Shown here: one piece after another, positions 55,770-64,000 of the stretch
How positions within the stretch are numbered: position 1 is the first letter of the stretch
Layout: every line of letters begins with the position of its first letter
Source of the DNA: Octopus sinensis
Taxonomy: Eukaryota
Assembly: GCF_006345805.1 (NCBI RefSeq)
Contig: NC_043001.1
Span: 60,326,001 to 60,390,000 of the forward strand
Length of the DNA: 64,000 nucleotides
Direction: 5' to 3'
Translations under genes and position numbers: made by a program
The notes under the pieces: model-generated
Told to the model about the DNA's origin: nothing
Databases searched by the model: none
Seen by the model: only the letters and a program-made list of their open reading frames with translations

Positions 55770-56330
55770 AAAAAAAAGAATTGTATATATTCTTAAGAAA
55801 CATGATATAACACATATTCGTAGGAAATTTTATTTAAAAAATCCATTATTCTGAAAGTTATGATTATCGAAATTTGGTGCGTTGGGGGACAGAAATGTGT
55901 AGTAATGCCAACAAATTTGACATTTTCTTTCTACGCATGGTTATATATGTATACAAAAATACACGAATGCAGCAGATACGAAACAAGGAAAATAAACACT
56001 TAACACCCAAAATTGTATATATTCGAAATGCATATAATACAACATATTCGTAGTATATATATACAGAATTACACGAGTGCGGAAGGTAGTAAGCAATGGA
56101 AATAAAAACCTCCCAAAATTGTATATATTCGAACTGAACACATATTCGTTGAAAAGTTTATTAAAAAATATCCATTCTTCTGATAGTTATGATCATTGAA
56201 ATTTGGTGGTGGGGACAGAAATCTGTAGTTATGCCGACAAAGTTGAAATTTGGTTATGTCGATTATACAGAAATACACGAGTGCAGAAGATTGTAAACAA
56301 TGAAAATAACTTGGTAACAAAAATTATGTG
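55770..56330 (+). repeat. degenerate tandem duplication (~330 bp)
   Basis: aattgtatatattc..acacatattcgt..tccatt.ttctga.agttatgat..ggggacagaaat repeated. Confidence 0.7.
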
Positions 56331-57072
56331 TCTTAATGCGACGGGCAGAAAGTAAATAAGAAATGTTAGAGGAAAATAAAGTAGTGTACGGGTTGAAGCG
56401 AAATTTGCCACATACTGAACCAAAGAGCCAGTATGGAAGAAATCAGAAAGTGACCGTCTAAAAAAGAAAAATACAAATCCGCGCGAATTGCAGTGAAATT
56501 AATGAAGATACATCTGTCAGACAACTACGAAATTATTTACATCAGTAATTGTGAACTTCTTTCTGTCAGTAATTTGTCGTTTGTTTGTGAATAGCGATTC
56601 AAAACTTAGACTTAAAATGAAAACAGTAAGGTGAATGTGAAACAATGGCGTATGAAAATTGAAAGTGAAAAGAATAGCGTCTGAAAAATGAAAGTGAAAA
56701 CAAGAGATATAGACAGAAAGATATGTTACAGAGAGATAGAGATAGAGAGAAAGAGATGGATAGAGATATATACATAAAGATATATGTTACATCACTGACG
56801 GTAGAAAACTGGAGCTAAATATTTTTAAATCTTTGAAAGACGTGAATATATTATAAAAAGCAATTTTTTTTATTTTCAAAGAATTTTAATTTAAAAAAAA
56901 TCAAATGAAGACATTATTATATATAGGAGGTCAAATTATTCACGCATCAGAAGTACGGAAGTAATAGCTGAAGCCGCTTTCGCATTAAAAGTGAATACGC
57001 ACACATCTCTATTTTAAATAATAGATATAAACATATAAATACATATAAATCTATATACGTACATGTGTATAT

Positions 57073-57135
<63 letters not shown>

Positions 57136-57515
57136 TATAAATATACATCTATATATATATATATATACATACATATACATGTGCAGCTGTATAAACACAT
57201 ATAGAGTGTCAGTTGATTGATTAATGAATACATTGCATCATTTGAAACCTTTATCTTCAGATGACCTCATAAATTTCAAGCATATATGATACCACTATTG
57301 CTTTAACATAGTCACATCAATAATGGAACTCTAAATATTTACTGTTTCTGGTGTCATATTTCTGGCAAATTCTGACAAGAACGGTTTCTTTCAAATGATG
57401 TAATGTTTTCATTAATCAATTAAAGTAGTCGCTTCAAATGGCCTTAATGAATTGACACATGTACAGCTTCATTACACAGACAAACACAGACACACAGACA
57501 CACACACACACACAG

Positions 57516-57555
<40 letters not shown>

Positions 57556-57579
57556 GAAAAAACAAGTAAAAAATAGAAA

Positions 57580-60125
57580 ATGCTAAAATAATTTTATAGT
57601 GAACATTTCAGTACCGGTTTCGGTCATTTTGAGACCTTTTCAACTGTAACGATTAAATAATTAAATTTAGAAAAATTAGAAGAAAAGTTTTTTTAAAAGA
57701 ATATTTCTATAGTAGTGTTCAGATTTAAGTGGCATTCTGCCTTTCTCTGACTCCCTTGTTTGCACTTGTGTGTTCGAGGTAGTTGTGAGGGAAGGCTGGT
57801 GAGGAAAGGGGGGTGGGAGAATCTGGGAGTGCCCTGATGGTCGTATTTTGAATGGTCAGTGGCGGCTGGCAGTCTCAGTTCAATTCAGGAGAATATTTAT
57901 ATTGACAGGCTTGTTTATAGAATTAGCGTAGGTGTTATACTAAAAACATTAGTGACAAACTTAAGGGGTAGGGGGTGGAGAAGAAGAAGAAGAAGAAGAA
58001 GAAGAAGAAGAAGGAGAAGGAGAAGGAGAAGATGACGATGATGGTGATGGTGGTGATGATTATGACGATGATGATGATAACGATGATATGAGAAGAAGAA
58101 AAGAAAGAAGAAGGAGGAAGAAGGAGAAGATGGTGGTGATATGGTGGCGATGATGATGACGCCGATGATGATGATAACGATGATGATGAAGAAAGAGAGG
58201 AAGAAGAAGAAAGAAAACAAACAGAGGAGGGAGAATATGAATGGGTGTAATATAGCTATGAAGGGGCTGATTAGTAATGGATTCTATGGAGTGTTAGTAT
58301 TTTTGTGTGTATATATATTTTTTTCTTTTATTCTAAAGTTGAGGTATATTAATTGTTTGTCGTAGACCCGTTAAGAAGTGGCTTGTATTTTGTAATAAAG
58401 AGATTTTCTTTACTTATTCTTTGTCTCGCGGTTGTATCGTCCCTAAATGGTAGAGGGGGAAAATTCTGAAGGTTTGGTGTTTTTTTGTTGGCGCAAGTAT
58501 CTATGTGTTGCTAAAAGCTATTTTTCTGTTTTGGGGAATTTTTATCTGGGATCTGTGCAGGGCCATTCGTTTACGCAAACCATTTTTTTTTTTGGCCTAT
58601 GTACTGCTCTTGACACCCGGAGCAGGTTAGTGAGTATATTAGGTTCTCCGAAGCACATGTGAAGTTGCTTTCACTGTAAACCGTTGTCCTGTTTGAAGGA
58701 GAACTCAGAACCCTCGATTAGATAGTCGCATATCCCGCAATTGGGTCTTCCACATTTTTTTACTGTCGGCTTCTGTGTTGAAGAGTGAATCGGGCTTGTG
58801 TAAGGAGACTTTTCATGGATCTAGGCTGTCTTTTGCTTTTTATGATCGTGTGTGTTGGAGGATTGTGTTCATTCTGTGGTCTTTTTTTAGGAGGGGTATG
58901 TTGTGGAGGATGGTGTCGAAGGCTTCGTTATTGAGAGGGTTGTGTGTGGAGATGTATGGTAAGGCTTTTGGTTGTAAGTTTTTCTTTGATTTGGGATGTC
59001 TCAGTTCCTTGATGTTAAGTTGAAGGGCACGTTGAATGCACTTGTCAATAAGTGAAGGTGGATAGTTCCTGGTGATTAGGGTATCTTTTACTTCTTGTAG
59101 TCGTGTGTCTCTGGTGTTTGCGTTAGAGACTATAGTGCATATCCTTTTTGCTAGATTGAAGGGGATATTCATCCTGGTGTGCTGGGGTGGCATGAATTGA
59201 ATGGAAGATATTGCTTAGAGTCTGTAGGCTTATAGTATATGTCGTTTCTATTATATTATTAGCTTTCTTAATGAGGATATCGAGGAAGGGGAGTTGTTGT
59301 TGGCTATATTCCATCGTGAATTGGATGTTACGTCCAGTCCGTTTAAAATTTTCTGGAATTCTATGAGTTTTTCTATACTTTTATGCCAAAGGATGAAACA
59401 GTCATCTAGATATCTCTTCCAGTGTTTTTTATGTAGATGGAGAAAGGGCTGCCATATCTTTCTAGAACCTTACGATACAGACTGATCTCTAGGTATCCTA
59501 TGACTAGGTTGGCAAAGGAGGGGGCCATTCGTGTACCCATCGCAGTCCCCGATTTTTGTCGGTAGAAGTTGTCATTGAAGGCGAAGAAGTTATTTTCCAG
59601 GATGAATTTAACCCCTTCTATCACAAATTCTTTTTTGATGCGGCGTGATTCTCTAGCCAGAATTGGATTGCTTCTAGTCCTAGGTTGTGGGGGATATTGG
59701 AGTAGAGGTTGACTACATCGAAGGATACCAGTATGGTGTTTTTGTTTATAGTATTCGGTAGGTGATTGAGCATATCTAAGTCGTCCCTTATATAGCTTTT
59801 GACATGTTTGAGGAGTGGTTTAACAGGGTGTCTAAAAAGTTACTGAGGCGGTGGGTTTCGCATGCGGGACCTGCTATTATGGGTCTCAATTTGAGGTCAT
59901 TAGGATTAGGGACTTTAATTATTTTGTCTGTAGCTATCTTGCATGCGTTGCTTATTTTTTCACTTTTGTGGATCTTAGGTATACCGTAGAATTGGCTAGT
60001 TTTACTTGTGAAATTGGTCATATAATCATATTCTTTGTCGGTGAGCCCTGCTTTGTATGGGTTTAATATGGATTTTAGTTCCCTCATTATTTTTTGTTGA
60101 CTGTAGTTTTGTGCCTTTTCATAGT
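57580..60125 (-). mobile_element. Penelope-like element (Neptune-like): RT, Cys linker, GIY-YIG, microsatellite and 3' UTR; 5'-truncated at (TA)n
   Basis: [50 protein letters not shown]; the EN matches 18760-19200. Confidence 0.92.
57609..57646 (-). ncRNA. minimal hammerhead with U3:A8 covariant core
   Basis: CAG-TTGAAAA-GGTC TCAAAAT GACC-GAAA-CCG-GTA^-CTG. Confidence 0.72.
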
Positions 60126-60126
60126 A

Positions 60127-60169
<43 letters not shown>

Positions 60170-60354
60170 GTATGCATATATATATATATATACACACAGA
60201 GATCGAGAGATATGTTTATATATATATATATATATATATATGGTGAATGTATGTATGTATATATATATATATACATATCTATATTTATGCCGAAGTCTAT
60301 CTATTTCACTTCTCGCGCTCCTTCTCTGGCTCCCCTTCTCTCTTTCTCTCACTT

Positions 60355-60386
<32 letters not shown>

Positions 60387-61167
60387 ACTTCTAAAAATGT
60401 AATTCTATCATGTCTTCTATACTTGTGATCGAGTGTTGCTTGATTGATATATATCTTCGGAGGTATGAAGGATTTTGTTACTTGGAAAGAAAATATCTTA
60501 TTAAAATAAGTGGTGGGACATTGGTAACCATTACATTTCTAAATTGGAAAATATGAATCGTTATCTCCATACCGAGTATATTTCTCAAGAATTGCTTGAA
60601 TTAGGATATATTTAGTATAGCAGTTATTATGTAGGAAATATTCATAAATATAAAACGTCAATTCAAACTTTATTCACACAAGCTCATACTAGCCGATATC
60701 AAAAACCTTTTAAAATGTATTAAGAGCCAAGTTATTCCAGTTATAAATGCAAACGTTGCATATAACAAGACAATCTGTTCAATAATTTTTCAGAATTCAA
60801 AGTGTAAATTCGTATATATTCCATCAAAAAGCTCTCGATTAATGTTAAGTAGGAATGAATAATAAAATTGTCAGTAAGCTTCTACGGAAATAAGAAGTGG
60901 TTCTATTTTAAACATATGAATAATGTCACTCGCATATATAATGGCATATATTTACAAAAATAATTCGCCATACGGATGAAATCTTTTCTGGTGTATAATA
61001 ATAAAATAGAGCTGGAATTATCGTAAGTGAAATCTGATTACAATGTTCTTGGGAAAATGCAATAATGTACTAGGCAACTTTACCCCTAATATTCATTCGA
61101 GAAAATGATAATGATGAATGTATGTATGTATTTATTTATGTATATATATATTATATATATTATATAT

Positions 61168-61284
<117 letters not shown>

Positions 61285-61347
61285 TTATATGTATGTATAT
61301 ATATGTATGTATGTATGTATATATATGTATGTATTTATTTATGTATA

Positions 61348-61424
<77 letters not shown>

Positions 61425-61489
61425 GTATTTCTATATCTATCTATATATCTATCTATTTATAATATAAATAATATATAAATATATCCATA

Positions 61490-62050
61490 TATATGAATAT
61501 ATACATGCATATATGGGTACAGAACATCAAGAAAACGCCAACAAAATGAGAAACGAGAACATACAGAACAAAAACATAGAAAACGAACATTATTTCGAGC
61601 AACGAAAGAAACAAATAGAGAAAGAAGACAGGCAAAATAAAGAACATTCCCTTACCAGTTGTCCGCTGTTTTATCTACTCCACGTTTCGAAGGTAGGAAC
61701 AAGATGCGACGTCTTTAAAACAGTCATTCCCGCAAAGTAAATTGAATAAAATTTGGTATTTTTACTGAGGATTAAAGTGGTAACGAAAACCGGACAGTAA
61801 GAACAAAACAGTAAAAAAAGCCAAGACTACGTGCAGTGGTGAACGCTGAAAAAACGTGCTTTGAGAAGAGACAGGCAAAAGCAGGGGACAACTGATGTAG
61901 GGAATGCTCTTTATGTTGTTTGTCTCGTTTCTCTATTTGTTTCTTTCGTTGTTCAAAATAGTTCGTTTTCTATGTTTGTGTTTTTTATGTTCTAGTTTCT
62001 CATTTTGTTGACACTTTTTATGTCCTGTACTCATATATGCATATATATAT
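61490..62050. mobile_element. (TA)n-flanked fold-back element with ~180-bp imperfect inverted ends
   Basis: aacaaaatgagaaac..gaaagaaacaaatagagaaa..ataaagaacattccct mirrored at 61880-62040. Confidence 0.85.
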
Positions 62051-64000
62051 ACATATATATGTAGGTATGTGCATATATGTATATATGCATAAATTTATAT
62101 ATTATTTAATTGGCGTAATCCTACCAACTATTTAGTTGGAAGATCCTGCCTCTCTACAGGGCTACTAACGTACCATTCGAGATCATTACAAGATACTAGA
62201 CTGGCAAAAAATCCAATAGCATTAATAGGAGGCATACACAACTGAGGCACATTCAGTAGCAGGATAGAGAATTCCGATTCCCTGTACGCTTTATCTGGAG
62301 AATCGGTGACCTTTGAAATGATGTCTCCAACGTCAAATATCTAATTAAAAGCAATAGTATGAGATAACTCTCTATGAAAAATGTATTACCCAGTGAGAAA
62401 TATTGATATATTTCTATTAGACTGCTCATAAATGTATATACAACTACTGTGATTTTGACCACCAGTGGCTTTATAACTTAATTGTGATGTACTGAAGTGT
62501 GTCTACATTTGTTTCTGCGATTGCTAGTTCAGGTTTTCTATGAACTCAAATACCTTATTAATATGTCTATAACTGATTGCTAAACGTCGTTACATTTGAC
62601 ATAATATTCGTGCACAATCAGGACAATATGTTGTGTAGCAACCTTCTTAATTCGTCACATACTGAAGTACAGTCCTTCTCTAGGGAAGTCATACAATTTT
62701 GATGTATCTGCTATCATTCATATTACAAAGGTTTGATCTCTGTATGTAGGCTAGGACACATATCCAAGTTATAGGAAAATGACTTGTATATGAGGCTTCA
62801 CACGGAGAATCTCATGGTTTGAAAACAAACTTCTTAATCACTTCACCTTACCAGCATTCATATGTCAGGAGAATGCATCCATTGACGAGCATCAATAATA
62901 TTTGCAAAAGTAGTTTTATACTCCGTACTTGCAGATAAAATATACGTATAAGTTTTTCCAGATATTTAAATGCCTTTTTATATTATATTATAGATAAGCT
63001 GTCAATCTTCTAAGTATGGAATAACATGCATTCATTCATTCATCCATTCATTCATTCATACAAAAGAAGAACTTCTAAAAGTAAACTTTTGATATTATCA
63101 TTTATAGTAAATTATGACATTTTAGTCACACGTAAATGATATATTCTCCTCTAAATTCGAATATTTTAAAAATGAAGTAAAATGTTACACAATCAGAAAA
63201 GAAACATGGAAATAAATCTATTTAAGTGAACTATATTTGTATATTTTGAAATGCGGAATAGATGAAAAAATAAAACTTATATATAGCGTCAATGTCCACT
63301 GACACAAAATATAGAATATATTGTAGTTAAATCATAGCTGTAAAATATTTCTGAATTTGAACAGGTAATTCATGAAATTACATAAATACAAGTATTAATA
63401 TATCGATTGAATATTCCCAGTATATTTCTTCATGGGAATTTATTTATGAAAACGCAACTTAATATTAAAATAATAATTTAAGGAATGAAATTTAAATACA
63501 CAGAAGGTTGAGTGTTCACAAAGATTAAAATATCTACACAAAAAATTACATAATTCAGCATGAGCTACTGCGTTGTGTGCTTATGATGTTACACGGATTA
63601 GTGCATAACTCCTCTCTTTATATATCGACTTTCTTTGCGAAGCCTTAATGTCAATTTTTTCTAATTATTGGACTAACCTACGAGACGTGTATTTCGTATT
63701 TTCGGAAACTTTCATGCTCAATCTACGGCAACTAATATATTCTCAGATGCTTCATAGCAATCAATTTTCTCCTGATGTGTATACACAGCCAAACAACGAT
63801 ATATAATCATCCTTACCAAATACTATGCATAGATGCTACGCTCACACGTGTCTTTCATGAATAAATCGACAATTATTAGATTTTTTCTGAATATAAGTTT
63901 CATCTTCTTTTGTTTGCTTGGTCATTTAGAATGAATTCTTGCCACCAATTACTTTTATCGGTATAAAAGACCAGTGATGTACATCGGCATTTCCAATCGA

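Noticed and set aside
62750-62900. Possible C2H2 zinc-finger exon (cttcacacggagaat)
   Set aside because: No CxxC..HxxxH spacing in any frame

Overview
AT-rich, microsatellite-dense eukaryotic non-genic DNA, very probably octopus (inferred from octopus-type tRNA-derived SINEs, a mollusc-type 5S sequence and the (TA)n/(CA)n/(AAT)n load). I found no intact host gene, and almost all ORF-track entries are microsatellite translations. Recognisable content is transposon debris: mariner and hAT-like transposases, CR1/L2-like and RTE-like LINE RTs, a Gypsy-like integrase scrap, SINEs, a 5S pseudogene and three Penelope-like (PLE) RT/GIY-YIG fragments. The main signal is RNA-level. Manual folding finds more than 15 type I hammerhead-ribozyme (HHR) motifs, about 8 with intact cores. 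They lie in PLE 3' ends, in (TA)n-anchored 507- and 603-bp tandem units with one HHR per unit (retrozyme-like), in fold-back pairs, at both ends of a 2.7-kb palindrome, and in the tail of a tRNA-headed SINE. HHRs in PLEs and metazoan retrozymes are established. Whether these particular families are described, or are active, cannot be judged without searches and assays.
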